Part shown: piece by piece, positions 28,496-38,830 of the stretch
Layout: every line of letters begins with the position of its first letter
Position numbering within the stretch: the stretch's first letter is position 1
Assembly (NCBI GenBank): GCA_965214605.1
Contig: OZ243961.1
Span: 3,936,001-4,000,000, forward strand
From: an uncultured Candidatus Binatia bacterium
GTDB lineage: Bacteria; Desulfobacterota; Binatia; Bin18
DNA length: 64,000 nucleotides
Reading direction: 5' to 3'
The notes under the pieces: model-generated
Databases searched by the model: none
Told to the model about the DNA's origin: nothing
Seen by the model: only the letters and a program-made list of their open reading frames with translations
Position numbers and translations under genes: made by a program

Positions 28496-29650
28496 TTAAT
28501 ACGAACGTGGCATCCCCAACACGTGCTCGGCCACATAGTTGAGGATCATATTGTTCGAGATCGGGGCGATGCTGAATAGGCGGCACTCGCGGAATTTACG
28601 CTCCACGTCATACTCGGCGGCAAAACCGTAGCCACCGTGGGTGTCAAGGGCCGCGTTGGCCGCCGCCCAGGCGGCTTGGGCACAGAGCAGCTTGGCCATG
28701 TTGGCCTCGGGCCCGCACGGCTGGCCGGCGTCGAACAGTTCGGCGGCCCGAAAACGCATCAGATCGGCGGCCTCGGTCTGGGCGTAGGCCTGGGCGAGCG
28801 GAAACTGGATGCCCTGATTCTGGGCGATCGGTCGGCCAAAGATGACGCGCTCCTTGCCGTATTTGACGGCGCGGTCGATAAACCAGCGCGCGTCGCCAAT
28901 CGACTCGGCCGCGACCAGAATGCGCTCGGCGTTCATACCATCCAGAATATAGTAGAAGCCCCGGTTTTCTTCGCCAATCAGGTTTTCTTGAGGAATTGTG
29001 AGATCGTGGAAGAACAGCTGGTTGGTTTCATGGTTGATCATAGCGTCAATTTTTCGAATCTCGACCGCATCGCCGGCCTGTTTCAGATCAACCAAGAACA
29101 CGCTCAGCCCCAGCGTTTTTTTGGAGCACTCGGCTGCCGGCGTGGTCCGCGCCAGGAGCAGCATCATGTCGGAATGCTGGACGCGCGAGATAAAGATTTT
29201 TGCTCCGTTCACAATGTAGGAGTCCCCGTCCTTACGGGCGAAGGTTTCGAGTTGGGTGGTGTCTGAGCCAGCGTTGGGCTCGGTCACGCCAAACGCCTGG
29301 AGGCGGATCTCACCGCTGGCAATTTTGGGTAAATAGCGCTCTTTTTGTTCGTCGCTCCCGTGGCGGAGCAGGGCGCCCATAATATACATCTGGGCGTGGC
29401 AGGCGGCGGCGTTGCCGCCCGAACGGTTGACTTCTTCGAGGATCACGCTGGCTTCGCGAACCGTCAGGCCCGAGCCACCGTACTGCTCCGGAATCAGCGC
29501 AGCCAACCAACCGGCCTCGGTCAAATCCTGAACAAAGTGCTCGGGATACTCGTCCTCTTTATCGAGTTTGCGCCAGTACTCATCCGGATATTTGTGACAC
29601 AGCTTACGAATCTCTTCGCGGATTTCAGGGCATTGTTCTGTGTGCGGCAT
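28496..29650 (-). CDS. Acyl-CoA dehydrogenase
   Basis: FGVTEPNAGSDT, FGRPIAQNQGIQFP, HGGYGFA.EY.VER. Confidence 0.95.
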   Translation of the reverse strand: MPHTEQCPEIREEIRKLCHKYPDEYWRKLDKEDEYPEHFVQDLTEAGWLAALIPEQYGGSGLTVREASVILEEVNRSGGNAAACHAQMYIMGALLRHGSDEQKERYLPKIASGEIRLQAFGVTEPNAGSDTTQLETFARKDGDSYIVNGAKIFISRVQHSDMMLLLARTTPAAECSKKTLGLSVFLVDLKQAGDAVEIRKIDAMINHETNQLFFHDLTIPQENLIGEENRGFYYILDGMNAERILVAAESIGDARWFIDRAVKYGKERVIFGRPIAQNQGIQFPLAQAYAQTEAADLMRFRAAELFDAGQPCGPEANMAKLLCAQAAWAAANAALDTHGGYGFAAEYDVERKFRECRLFSIAPISNNMILNYVAEHVLGMPRSY

Positions 29651-29727
29651 ACGGGGATCTCCTTATGAAATGGAGGCGACGGACGAGAAGGCGCCCCCTT
29701 TCCTCACGCCTTAAGCCCCCAGCCCTG

Positions 29728-30450
29728 TTACTCTCTGGTCAGGAGCAGGTCCGGGCTGACCATAGCTCCTCCGAACGCGGCGGCGTTAACCGTCGCCTTG
29801 GAGGCGATCACGGCTTTGGAGTTCTTGTCGACCAGGCTGTCGGCTAGTTCGCGTACCGTGGCCGCTAGGGCGTCCTTTTTGACAACTCGGTTGAGCAGCC
29901 CTAGGGGGACTAATTCCTCGGCCATATAACGGCGGCAGGTGATGATGATCTCTTTGGCCACTGTTGGGCCGACATGGGCGGTCAGCAGGGCGGTTGAATC
30001 CGGGCTCAGCGGAACCCCGAGGTCTACTTCGGGAAACCAAAATTGGGCAGCTTCCACCGCGATCCGAAAATCACAGCCCAGGGCCAGCGCCCAGCCGCCG
30101 CCGACCGCATAGCCGTTGATCGCGGCGATGGTGATCGGCTCGAGGTGCACGAGGGTGTCCAAAATCCGCCCGACTAGACGCCCCCGGCGCTGTCTATAGC
30201 TGGCGAAGAGACGCTCCCGTTCATGCCTGTCGGCGATCCCCTTGGTCTGAGTCAGGTCGGCTCCGGCAGAAAACGTATTGCCGGTACCGGTCAAGATCAT
30301 GACCCGAACGTCCGGATCGTCGCGGACCTGGTGGAGCAGCCCTTCGAGTTCGTGCAGGATCTCCTCGTTTAGCGGGTTGCGTTTTTCGGGTCGGTTAAAG
30401 GTCAGTGTGGCAATCCGTCCATCTTTTTCCAGCACAAAATGATCTGGCAT
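29728..30450 (-). CDS. Enoyl-CoA hydratase/isomerase family protein
   Basis: NRPEKRN, FSAGADL, GGGWALALGCDFR, PEVDLG. Confidence 0.92.
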   Translation of the reverse strand: MPDHFVLEKDGRIATLTFNRPEKRNPLNEEILHELEGLLHQVRDDPDVRVMILTGTGNTFSAGADLTQTKGIADRHERERLFASYRQRRGRLVGRILDTLVHLEPITIAAINGYAVGGGWALALGCDFRIAVEAAQFWFPEVDLGVPLSPDSTALLTAHVGPTVAKEIIITCRRYMAEELVPLGLLNRVVKKDALAATVRELADSLVDKNSKAVIASKATVNAAAFGGAMVSPDLLLTRE

Positions 30451-30583
30451 ACTCTCCCTCCCTGCGGCGGCTGCCTAGTCTATCCGGACAGGCCGCAGGC
30501 TGGCAAGAGTTGTTCGGCTCTTGGCAGCTCGGCCGCAGAAAGGCTATGTAAACCTGATATTACACACCACAGCGGAGGGAGCT

Positions 30584-31354
30584 ATGGATCTGGGACTTAC
30601 AGGGAAAGTAGCGATGGTCAGCGGGGCTAGCCGTGGGATTGGCAGAGCAATTGCGCGGGGTCTGGCCGCGGAAGGCTGCCGAGTCAGCATATGTGCGCGG
30701 GGCCAGGAAGCGCTGGAGCAGACAGCTGAGGAAATTCGCAGCCAGGGGGGCGAGGCTCTGGCCGCGGCTCTTGATGTTTCGAAGGAAAGCGAAGCCAAGG
30801 GGTGGGTTGAGGCAACACGCCAGCAGTACAGCGCCGTCGATATCTTGGTCAACAATGTTGGCGGTTCACGTCCGGGTGGCAATCTGGACGCCTCAGGTGA
30901 AGATTGGCAGAAGGGCTTTGCCCTCAATTTCTTTTCAGCGCTCGATCTGTGTCGGCTGGTTGTGCCAGCTATGCGGGAGCAAAAGAGTGGCTGCGTGATC
31001 AACATTAGCTCGATCTATGGTCGTGAGTGGGGGGGGCCGATGACGTACAACGCGTCCAAAGCCGCTATGATTAGCCTGTCCAAGGAAATGGCCCGCGAGT
31101 TGGCACCGCATGGCGTTCGGGTCAACAGCGTGGCACCTGGCTCGATTTTGTTTCCCGGCGGGTCGTGGGAGCGACGTCGGCAGGAGAATCCGGAGGGTAT
31201 TGCGGCGTTCATTAAGGCCGAGCTGCCGGCGGGCCGCTTTGGCACGGTTGAGGAGGTGGCCGATGTGGTGGTGTTCCTGGCTTCGGGTCGGGCAAATTGG
31301 GTATCCGGAGCCTGTATTACGGTTGATGGCTGTCAGTCGCGGTCGTTAATTTAA
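30584..31354 (+). CDS. SDR family oxidoreductase
   Basis: SGASRGIG, NNVGG, YNASK, VAPG. Confidence 0.93.
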   Translation: MDLGLTGKVAMVSGASRGIGRAIARGLAAEGCRVSICARGQEALEQTAEEIRSQGGEALAAALDVSKESEAKGWVEATRQQYSAVDILVNNVGGSRPGGNLDASGEDWQKGFALNFFSALDLCRLVVPAMREQKSGCVINISSIYGREWGGPMTYNASKAAMISLSKEMARELAPHGVRVNSVAPGSILFPGGSWERRRQENPEGIAAFIKAELPAGRFGTVEEVADVVVFLASGRANWVSGACITVDGCQSRSLI

Positions 31355-31480
31355 TCTGGGAGGATTTGGCTGCTGCCGCTGAGGGTCCAATCAGTCGCGT
31401 TGTGAGGATGACCACCCTACTGAGACACAAGATCACCCAAAACGCTAGTCCATCGCGGGAGAGGAAAGTTGGAGAGAGGC

Positions 31481-32284
31481 ATGAATGAGCGCTATGAAAC
31501 TTTAGAATTACGACGTGATAAAGACGTACTGTGGCTGGTCTTGAACCGTCCGGCCGTGCTGAATGCGTTAAATAGCCTGCTGGTTAACGAGCTGCACGTC
31601 TGCCTGGATGAGCTGGCGGCCGACCACAGCGTGCGGGTGGTGATCTTGCGCGGTGCCGGACGGGCGTTTTGCGCCGGACTTGATCTGAAGGAGGCGGGCG
31701 ACGCAGAGGGACGCGGGTCGGTTGCCGAGGGCCTGCGCGGACAGCGGCACATTGCCGAGCTGGCGATTAAAATCCACCGTGCTCCCCAGCCGTTTATTGC
31801 CGCCATCCATGGGGCGGCCGCGGGCGGGGGATTTGGTCTGGCCCTGGCCAGCGATATTCGGATTGCGGCTGAGTCGGCGCGGATGAATGCCGCCTTTATT
31901 CGGATTGGCCTATCGGCGTGTGACGTGGGGGTCAGCTATTTTCTGCCGCGTGTGGTCGGGACTTCGGTCGCCTCAGAACTCTTGCTGACCGGTGAGTTTA
32001 TTGACGCCCCACGAGCTCTGGCGACTGGGTTGGTGTCACGGGTGGTGCCGGAGGATGAACTTGACCGGACGGCCGCCGATATGGCTGCCAAGATTGTGCG
32101 CAACTCTCCGCTCGGTGTCCGGCTGACCAAGGAGTGTCTCCGCTACTCGGTTGATGCGCCAACACTTGAGGCCGCGATTGCGATGGAAGATCGGAATCAA
32201 ATTCTGACCACCCGGACCAATGACGTGCGGGAAGGGATTGCCGCGTTTCTGGAGCGGCGTGAGCCGCACTATGAAGATGTCTGA
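31481..32284 (+). CDS. Enoyl-CoA hydratase/isomerase family protein
   Basis: FCAGLDL, GGGFGLALASDIR, CDVGVSYFLPR. Confidence 0.93.
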   Translation: MNERYETLELRRDKDVLWLVLNRPAVLNALNSLLVNELHVCLDELAADHSVRVVILRGAGRAFCAGLDLKEAGDAEGRGSVAEGLRGQRHIAELAIKIHRAPQPFIAAIHGAAAGGGFGLALASDIRIAAESARMNAAFIRIGLSACDVGVSYFLPRVVGTSVASELLLTGEFIDAPRALATGLVSRVVPEDELDRTAADMAAKIVRNSPLGVRLTKECLRYSVDAPTLEAAIAMEDRNQILTTRTNDVREGIAAFLERREPHYEDV

Positions 32285-32804
32285 TGAGCGGTCGGCAGAG
32301 ATTTTGCTGCTTGACAACGTGGACGATATGGTCACGGTGCCGTATGAACGGGCGTTTCGCCTGGTGACGGATGCACCGTCCATCATCCGCTTGCGTCAGG
32401 ATCCCGGTGCGCTGTTTAATACGGCAGACAGCTCGTCGCGTTTATCTCCGTATTCGACCTCATACCTCACGCCGCGGATTGCCGAAAACGTTCGGCTGGA
32501 AGGGCTTGGCCGGTCGACTGCGGGAGGGCGCATTACCGCCTTTATGACTGGCCAGGCGCGCCGGCTGTCGCTCGAGTATCAGGATGAGGACACGGTTGCG
32601 GTGCGGGGACAGTGGCGGGATGCGGAGAATGTTGTCCAGGGGGTTCGGTTGGGCTTTTTGCCCAGCACGGTTGTCGCTCAGCTGAGAGAGCTAGCGGCTG
32701 AGACGGTTCCGTTGGGGGTTGCCGCTACGATACGGACGCTGGTTTTGCCGGAACCAAGGCGAGAAGGGGAGGTGTGGTGCGATGTATGGACGCTTGAGGC
32801 GTAG
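32277..32804 (+). CDS. Hypothetical protein
   Basis: ORF overlapping the upstream stop, ordinary codon usage; family not recognised. Confidence 0.6.
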   Translation: MSDERSAEILLLDNVDDMVTVPYERAFRLVTDAPSIIRLRQDPGALFNTADSSSRLSPYSTSYLTPRIAENVRLEGLGRSTAGGRITAFMTGQARRLSLEYQDEDTVAVRGQWRDAENVVQGVRLGFLPSTVVAQLRELAAETVPLGVAATIRTLVLPEPRREGEVWCDVWTLEA

Positions 32805-32872
32805 CGGAGAAAGCAAGAGAAAAGTCAAAGGGCGCTAGGTGAAGATGGTGCGGCGATATGACTGAGGGGCAA

Positions 32873-33328
32873 CTAGTCTGCGCCGTCGGTGCTGGATAGC
32901 AGCTGCACCTCGTCTCCAAGCTGAATCTCGCCTGGGGTCATGACAAAACATGTGACCCCACCCCGCCAGGCTGGCACTAGGGCCTGGCGCAACCCCAGGT
33001 GCTGCATGTCCATCCGCTCGCATGGATCGGTTTCGCCCGTAATAGCCAGTCTGACCGGACCGATCTGCAAAATCTGGCGGGTCGTTCGCTCAAGCTCAAT
33101 GCCGCTGATAAGAAGGTTGGCCCGGCGGGCCGTCCACGATAGGTCGGTCTGCACCTCTTGACAGGCGGCCTGCCACGCCTCTTGGGACAGGACGGTGATC
33201 TGACGGGGGCCGTACCTGCCCCGATAGTCGCCCTGAAGGCCGTTCTGTTGGCTAATGGAGATCTTGTCTTGGGTTTCCATTGGCGCACGCGGCGCGCTGC
33301 GGACGGCGATACCAAGCAGACGTCCCAT
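32873..33328 (-). CDS. MOSC domain protein
   Basis: GLQGD, RQITVL, RRANLLISG, PCERM, GGV. Confidence 0.88.
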   Translation of the reverse strand: MGRLLGIAVRSAPRAPMETQDKISISQQNGLQGDYRGRYGPRQITVLSQEAWQAACQEVQTDLSWTARRANLLISGIELERTTRQILQIGPVRLAITGETDPCERMDMQHLGLRQALVPAWRGGVTCFVMTPGEIQLGDEVQLLSSTDGAD

Positions 33329-33332
33329 TCCT

Positions 33333-34016
33333 TTATCCTCCGTAATCGGGGGCCAAAATGTGTGGCAGCTCAGCCACACTGTCCAAAATGTAGTCCGGTG
33401 CGTAGTCCAGCATGACTTCACGGTTGCTGGTGCCGGTCAAGACACCGACGGTATGCAAACCGGCCGCTCTGCTGGCCTGCACATCGATTGGCGAGTCGCC
33501 AATATACACCGCCTCGTGCGGCTGGAGCGCCAAGCGTTCAAGACACTTGAGAATCGGTTCGGGATGCGGTTTTCTGTTTTCAACATCCTCACGACCGACA
33601 ATGCCACTGAACAGATGGCGGACTCCCCAGTGATCCAGAAATGGCAGAGCGCGCCCCGAGGAGGTGGCAATGCCGAGCCGCAGCCCTTGGGTGTGCAGGT
33701 TCTTAAGCAGCTCCAGACTGCCTGGAATTGCCTCAGTCTTGTGGTGATAGTGATCCATCCAGGTATCCATGCGACTCTCAACAATGCGTTTGAGGGTGGC
33801 CGCCGGGTCAGGATAGTCGGGCGGAAAGAGTTTGGCGAGCGGATTGTCATCCCCAGCTCGCATGAGCCCATACACTCGGTCCCGTGACGGCAGGGGGACG
33901 CCGGCCATCTCGAGGACTTCGAGAGAGACCTGATAGAAGTATTCCACCGAGTCGGCCAGGGTGCCGTCCATATCAAAGATGACACCTTTCACCGTCAGAG
34001 TCTTGCGCCCGCTCAT
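33333..34016 (-). CDS. HAD-superfamily hydrolase (phosphoglycolate phosphatase-like)
   Basis: FDMDGTL, KPHPEP, IGDS..D. Confidence 0.92.
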   Translation of the reverse strand: MSGRKTLTVKGVIFDMDGTLADSVEYFYQVSLEVLEMAGVPLPSRDRVYGLMRAGDDNPLAKLFPPDYPDPAATLKRIVESRMDTWMDHYHHKTEAIPGSLELLKNLHTQGLRLGIATSSGRALPFLDHWGVRHLFSGIVGREDVENRKPHPEPILKCLERLALQPHEAVYIGDSPIDVQASRAAGLHTVGVLTGTSNREVMLDYAPDYILDSVAELPHILAPDYGG

Positions 34017-34609
34017 GATGAGAGCCGCTCCCAAGCTTGGCTCACGCGTTGCTTAAGGTCGGCTAGCGAGCCGTCATTATGGATAACGAGCTGGGCGTGT
34101 TTACGCCGTTCGGCGTTGGACAGCTGGCTGGCAATACGAGCCTCTGTCTCGCTGGCCGGCGAGCCGCGCTGAGCCGCGACGCGCTCAACCACGGCCTGTT
34201 TGTTGGTCTCGACCAGCCAGACCTCGTCGACCAGAGGAATCCAGTTGGCCTCAATCAAGATGGCTGCCTCAACCACAATGGGCCCAGAAAACCCCGCGGC
34301 CCGTTTATCCTGAATACGCCGAGCGATATCTTGGAACATGAGGGGATGGACGATGGCGTTTAAGCGCTGACGTGCCTCGGTGCCGCCAAACACAATCGCT
34401 CCGAGTTTTTTACGGTCGATGGTTTGATCCGCAGCCAAAATCTCTCGGCCAAACGCGGCCGTGACCTGCTTCCAAGCTTCTTTGCCCGGCAGGTAGATTT
34501 CGTGACCAACTTTATCGGCGTCGATGACAAACGCGCCAAGTTCTGCCAGCAGTTGGGATACGGTGCTCTTGCCCGAGCCTATCCCACCGGTCAATCCTAT
34601 GGTTTTCAT
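34013..34609 (-). CDS. coaE: Dephospho-CoA kinase
   Basis: IGLTGGIGSGKST, IDRKKLG..VF, IVHP, RIASQ. Confidence 0.95.
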   Translation of the reverse strand: MKTIGLTGGIGSGKSTVSQLLAELGAFVIDADKVGHEIYLPGKEAWKQVTAAFGREILAADQTIDRKKLGAIVFGGTEARQRLNAIVHPLMFQDIARRIQDKRAAGFSGPIVVEAAILIEANWIPLVDEVWLVETNKQAVVERVAAQRGSPASETEARIASQLSNAERRKHAQLVIHNDGSLADLKQRVSQAWERLSS

Positions 34610-34752
34610 ACGCCCCTCTCGTTGTCCGGAGGTCCTTGTGACGCCCCGTGTGTTGTTTCAGAGATCGGCGATTTCTGCAAGAGAGCCACCGCCCGGTTCT
34701 CTCCTGGTCACGATCGTGGTATCAGTTTGAGTCAGTCAGAGGAGGTGAAGAC

Positions 34753-35502
34753 ATGCCTTATGCACAGGCCAGGGGAGTCAGACTGTACTACGAAGACCGC
34801 GGACACGGACCGCCGCTGGTCTTGATTCCCGGCGCACTCGGAACCGGCCAGTCGGACTTTGGTCCGCAGCTCGAACACTTGCCTGAGATGGGAGTACGGA
34901 CGATTACCTTTGACCCGCGTGGCTATGGTAAGTCACGGCCGCCCAAACGCGAGTTTTCGATTGACTTCTACCACCAGGATGCCGAAGATTGTGCGGCTCT
35001 GATGGTCCATCTGGGGTGTGAGTCGTACGCAGTTGGGGGCTGGAGCGACGGAGCCATCACTGGTCTGCTGCTGACCTTGGCCCATCCTCGACAGGTGGAA
35101 AAACTCGTCGTGTGGGGTGGCAACGCCTATGTCAGTCAGGAGGATATCGAGGGCTATGAAAAAACCCGCTCCCTGTCTTCCTGGTCGCCCCGGATGCTCG
35201 AAGCGATGGGCGCAGTGTACGGCGATGAGCTACAGGAGCTGTGGACGAACTGGTGTGACGTCATGCAGACCCTGTATAAAGCCGGGGGCGAGGTGTGTCT
35301 CCATCGTCTGGATGAGATTCGGTGTCCAACTTTTATTCTGCACGGCGACAAAGATCCGCTCGTCCCGCGCTTTCATGCCGCTGTCCTGCACCAGGGCATT
35401 GCCGGCTCGCGAGTGCATTTTTTTCCCGACGGCAAACATAATATTCACATTGCCTACGCCGAGGAAATGAATCGGATGATCGCCGATTTCTTGACGACCT
35501 AG
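34753..35502 (+). CDS. Alpha/beta hydrolase (valacyclovir hydrolase/BPHL-like)
   Basis: PGALG, DPRGYGKSRPP, GWSDG, GKHNIH. Confidence 0.88.
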   Translation: MPYAQARGVRLYYEDRGHGPPLVLIPGALGTGQSDFGPQLEHLPEMGVRTITFDPRGYGKSRPPKREFSIDFYHQDAEDCAALMVHLGCESYAVGGWSDGAITGLLLTLAHPRQVEKLVVWGGNAYVSQEDIEGYEKTRSLSSWSPRMLEAMGAVYGDELQELWTNWCDVMQTLYKAGGEVCLHRLDEIRCPTFILHGDKDPLVPRFHAAVLHQGIAGSRVHFFPDGKHNIHIAYAEEMNRMIADFLTT

Positions 35503-35524
35503 CCGTTTGCAAAGGAGAACACAC

Positions 35525-36136
35525 ATGGCCGCTCAGGTAGAATTTTTTTATGACTATTCCAGCCCCTGGACGTATCTGGCTTTTACCAAGATTGCCGGCT
35601 TGTGTCAGAAGTACGGAGCCGACTTAAGCTGGCGCCCCATTTTGGTCGGCGGAATCTTTAACACGATCAATCCGTCGGTATACGAGTTCCGCGAGAAGGG
35701 CGTCGCGGCCAAGCAAAAATATATGGCCAAGGACATGCGGGACTGGGCACGTTATTATGGGCTCAAAATTAAAAATCCACCCAGCGTTTTTCCGGTCAAC
35801 TCGGTTAAAGCCCTGCGCGGTGCCCTCGTGGCGCTGGAGCAGCCGGGCAGGTTCTTAGCCTATAGCTCCCGCGTGTTTGAGTCGTATTGGGGTGAAGACA
35901 AAGATATCAGCCAGGACGCGGTACTGCGCGCCATTGTTGAGGAAGTCGGACTTGACCCACAGGAGTATTTCGAAAAAATCGCTCAACAGGACTACAAGGA
36001 CCGCATTCGGGCCAACACGGACGAGGTCATGCAGCGCGGTGGATATGGCACCCCGACCATGTTTGTCAACGGCTCCATGTTTTTTGGGAACGACCGCTTA
36101 GTCTTGGTCGAAGAAGAGCTGAAACGCAACAGCTAA
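35525..36136 (+). CDS. 2-hydroxychromene-2-carboxylate isomerase / kappa-GST (DsbA-like) family
   Basis: FFYDYSSPWTYL, FPVNS, GTPTMFV..FFGNDRL. Confidence 0.9.
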   Translation: MAAQVEFFYDYSSPWTYLAFTKIAGLCQKYGADLSWRPILVGGIFNTINPSVYEFREKGVAAKQKYMAKDMRDWARYYGLKIKNPPSVFPVNSVKALRGALVALEQPGRFLAYSSRVFESYWGEDKDISQDAVLRAIVEEVGLDPQEYFEKIAQQDYKDRIRANTDEVMQRGGYGTPTMFVNGSMFFGNDRLVLVEEELKRNS

Positions 36137-36150
36137 CGGGGCTTGTCACA

Positions 36151-36175
36151 AGGGCAAAGAGCATCCCTTTGCCCT
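36151..36175. terminator. Hairpin between convergent genes
   Basis: AGGGCAAAG-N7-CTTTGCCCT perfect 9-bp stem. Confidence 0.5.
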
Positions 36176-36181
36176 GTATAG

Positions 36182-36535
36182 TCAGCCATCCCAGCCCCAT
36201 TTTTCTTTATTGGCCTGGATTTCTTCGGGCGACGGATTCTCCGGTTTCTCGTGAACGGCGACCTCAAAGTCGTCAATTGGGTCAACCATCGCATAATTCA
36301 AAGGCGTGTCCTCTGCAAACACGTCGGGAACGGCTACTTCCTCAAAAATAGCTTGCCAGGGGCATTCCGGCTCACACGCCCCACAGTCAATACATTCGTC
36401 AGGGTGGATATACAGTTGGTTGGGAAACTGCTCATGGTCACTGCCAACATATTTATAGATGCAGTCGACTGGGCAGACAGCGACGCAGCCGGTGTCAAGG
36501 CAGTCCCGACACAGCCTGGTAATGATATAGGTCAT
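36182..36535 (-). CDS. Ferredoxin (7Fe / dicluster type)
   Basis: [17 protein letters not shown] and [12 protein letters not shown]. Confidence 0.92.
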   Translation of the reverse strand: MTYIITRLCRDCLDTGCVAVCPVDCIYKYVGSDHEQFPNQLYIHPDECIDCGACEPECPWQAIFEEVAVPDVFAEDTPLNYAMVDPIDDFEVAVHEKPENPSPEEIQANKEKWGWDG

Positions 36536-36597
36536 GGTTCCTCCTTACCTGTGCACTCCGCTTTCTCTCGTTAGCCAAAGGGGGCCTTGCGCATGTG

Positions 36598-38787
36598 CTA
36601 TCGTATCGCTGACAGCGGGTCAATTACGGCCTGAGCGTGAAAGCGTCGATAGGTGGTGACAAGAGACAAGGCTCGGGCGGCCCGTGGGTGGGTGGCAAAG
36701 GTGGGCAGGCCTCTGGCGTGAAACTTCTCCCGTACCGATAGCAGCTCCGCCTCACGGTTAAACGGTTGAAGGACGGTTAGAAACGGCTTGGCCGAGCGGT
36801 TGGCAAAGGCCGACAAGGTGTCGAGCAGGCTGTCGAGGATATGCGGTCGGGCCTGCCACTGACCGGCTACGAGCCCGGCACCGGTATCCATGACTACTGC
36901 ATCAATATTGGGGTCGCGATCCAGAATCGACAACAGACGGCTAAGATTGTCGGTCGATTGTCCCATGCCGATCGTATATCCCGAGTCGAGCGGGTTACGG
37001 AAACTCCCGCCAATGACGGTGAAAAAGGACGCCAGTTCTTGATACGATTCTTCGCTGAGTTCTGGAACTCTCAGGCCCGCCTGTTCGAACGCATCAGTGA
37101 TGACGACCGATGGACCGCCGGTCATGGCGATGAGTCCGACCCTATTCTTGGTTGTGGATTTGGCAAAGCAGAGGAGTTGGAGGACATCGAGTAGGGTGTC
37201 GAAGTCTTCGACCGGAATAGCCCCGGCCTGTTTCACTACCGCATCCCAAATTGCAACCGGGGTGGCCAGCGAGCCGGTATGCGACGAAGTCGCCCGTTGA
37301 CCGGCCTGACTCTGGCCGCCTTTCCAGATGACAACCGGCTTGTGTTGGGTCACCTCACGCAACAGGGAGAAGAAGCGCCGTCCGTCACGCACGCCCTCCA
37401 GGTACATCCCGATGACCTGAGTTTGCTCGTCCGCGGCCAGATAGTTGAGATAGTCGCTGGCGTCGAGCACCGCTGCATTGCCGAAGCTGACCGCCTTGCT
37501 GATCGCAATCCCGTGCTGGGGAGCGGCTAGGCTGAAGGTAATGGTATGGGTGCCGCTTTGGCCGATAAAACCGACAGTACCGGCCTCTCCGGTCGGGAGT
37601 TCAGGGTAGTTGCGCAGCCCGATCCGGGGGTTGTAGATTCCCATACAGTTCGGACCGATCAGGGCTAGGTCGGAAGCCTGGGCGGCCTCAATCAGGCTCT
37701 TTTCCAGCTGTTTCCCCTCCTCATCACCAACTTCGGAGAAGCCCGAGGTAAACAGCATCACGCCGCCGACCTTGTGGGCCACACAATCGGCGATGATCTT
37801 GGGCGCGACCTGACGCGGAACGGCGGTCATCACATAATCGATCTCATGCGGAATGTCTGCCAGACTGGGGTAGTTGGGCACCCCCAGGGCCTCAATGCCG
37901 GGGAGCTCGCGTTCGTCGATTTGGACCGAATAGACTTTGCCCTGAAACCGGTTCTGGCTGCGCAGCCACATATAGTTCATAGCTTTCTTATCACCGATAA
38001 CCGCCACCACCTTAGGATGAAACGCTCGCTCCAGGGACGCCTGGATACGTGCAGACAGCGGACGTGGAGGAGGGGGAAGAGGAGCAGACTGCAGCACGAT
38101 CCGGGCATCGACCGTCAGACAGCCGTCCGGATAGGCAACACTCGGGTTCAGGTCGAGTTCTTTGATCTGGGAATAGTTGGCCGCCAAGTTGGAAACACTG
38201 AGCAGGAGCTGTTCCAGCGCCGCCAGATCCACCGCGGCCTGGCCGCGGTGACCGGTCAGCAGAGGCAGGCTGCGCAGCTCGCGGACCATACCGTGCGCAT
38301 CGTAGGCCGTAAGCGGTGCCAGCCGGAAGGACACATCTTGAAGGACTTCGACCGTCACCCCTCCTAAACCGAACATGACCAAAGAACCAAACTGGGGATC
38401 TGTCGTCAGACCGATAATGACCTCAATGCCGGGCTTGGCCATCGGCTGGATAGACACGCCGTCGAGCTGGGCGTGTGGCTGGGCGGTCTGAGCAGCCTTG
38501 ATGATATCGTCAAACGCCTGGCTAACGGCGTCGGCTGAGCCGAGGTTGAGCCTCACCCCACCAATATCACTCTTATGGACAATGTCCGGAGAACAGATCT
38601 TGAGAGCGACCGGCCAGCCGAGGTCCTCAGCTAAGCCAACAGCGTGGTCACGGGTTTGGGCCAGCTCGGTGCGAAGCACGTTGAGACCGGCGGCGCTCAG
38701 CAGGGCTTTGGACTCGACTTCGGTCAGAAGGTGTCGGTCTTGAGATTGGGCGCGGTGGATGATTGTCGTGGGGTCGGGCTGTGCCAT
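36598..38787 (-). CDS. ADP-forming acetate/acyl-CoA ligase family protein, ATP-grasp (beta) domain N-terminal to CoA-binding (alpha) domain
   Basis: N-terminal HKSDIGGV, DPQFG, ELDLNP; then IGPNCMG, QSG, SHTGSL. Confidence 0.9.
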   Translation of the reverse strand: MAQPDPTTIIHRAQSQDRHLLTEVESKALLSAAGLNVLRTELAQTRDHAVGLAEDLGWPVALKICSPDIVHKSDIGGVRLNLGSADAVSQAFDDIIKAAQTAQPHAQLDGVSIQPMAKPGIEVIIGLTTDPQFGSLVMFGLGGVTVEVLQDVSFRLAPLTAYDAHGMVRELRSLPLLTGHRGQAAVDLAALEQLLLSVSNLAANYSQIKELDLNPSVAYPDGCLTVDARIVLQSAPLPPPPRPLSARIQASLERAFHPKVVAVIGDKKAMNYMWLRSQNRFQGKVYSVQIDERELPGIEALGVPNYPSLADIPHEIDYVMTAVPRQVAPKIIADCVAHKVGGVMLFTSGFSEVGDEEGKQLEKSLIEAAQASDLALIGPNCMGIYNPRIGLRNYPELPTGEAGTVGFIGQSGTHTITFSLAAPQHGIAISKAVSFGNAAVLDASDYLNYLAADEQTQVIGMYLEGVRDGRRFFSLLREVTQHKPVVIWKGGQSQAGQRATSSHTGSLATPVAIWDAVVKQAGAIPVEDFDTLLDVLQLLCFAKSTTKNRVGLIAMTGGPSVVITDAFEQAGLRVPELSEESYQELASFFTVIGGSFRNPLDSGYTIGMGQSTDNLSRLLSILDRDPNIDAVVMDTGAGLVAGQWQARPHILDSLLDTLSAFANRSAKPFLTVLQPFNREAELLSVREKFHARGLPTFATHPRAARALSLVTTYRRFHAQAVIDPLSAIR

Positions 38788-38830
38788 GGGTGGAGTTCCT
38801 AGGACAAGGCAAAAAAATCGCAAAAACCTC

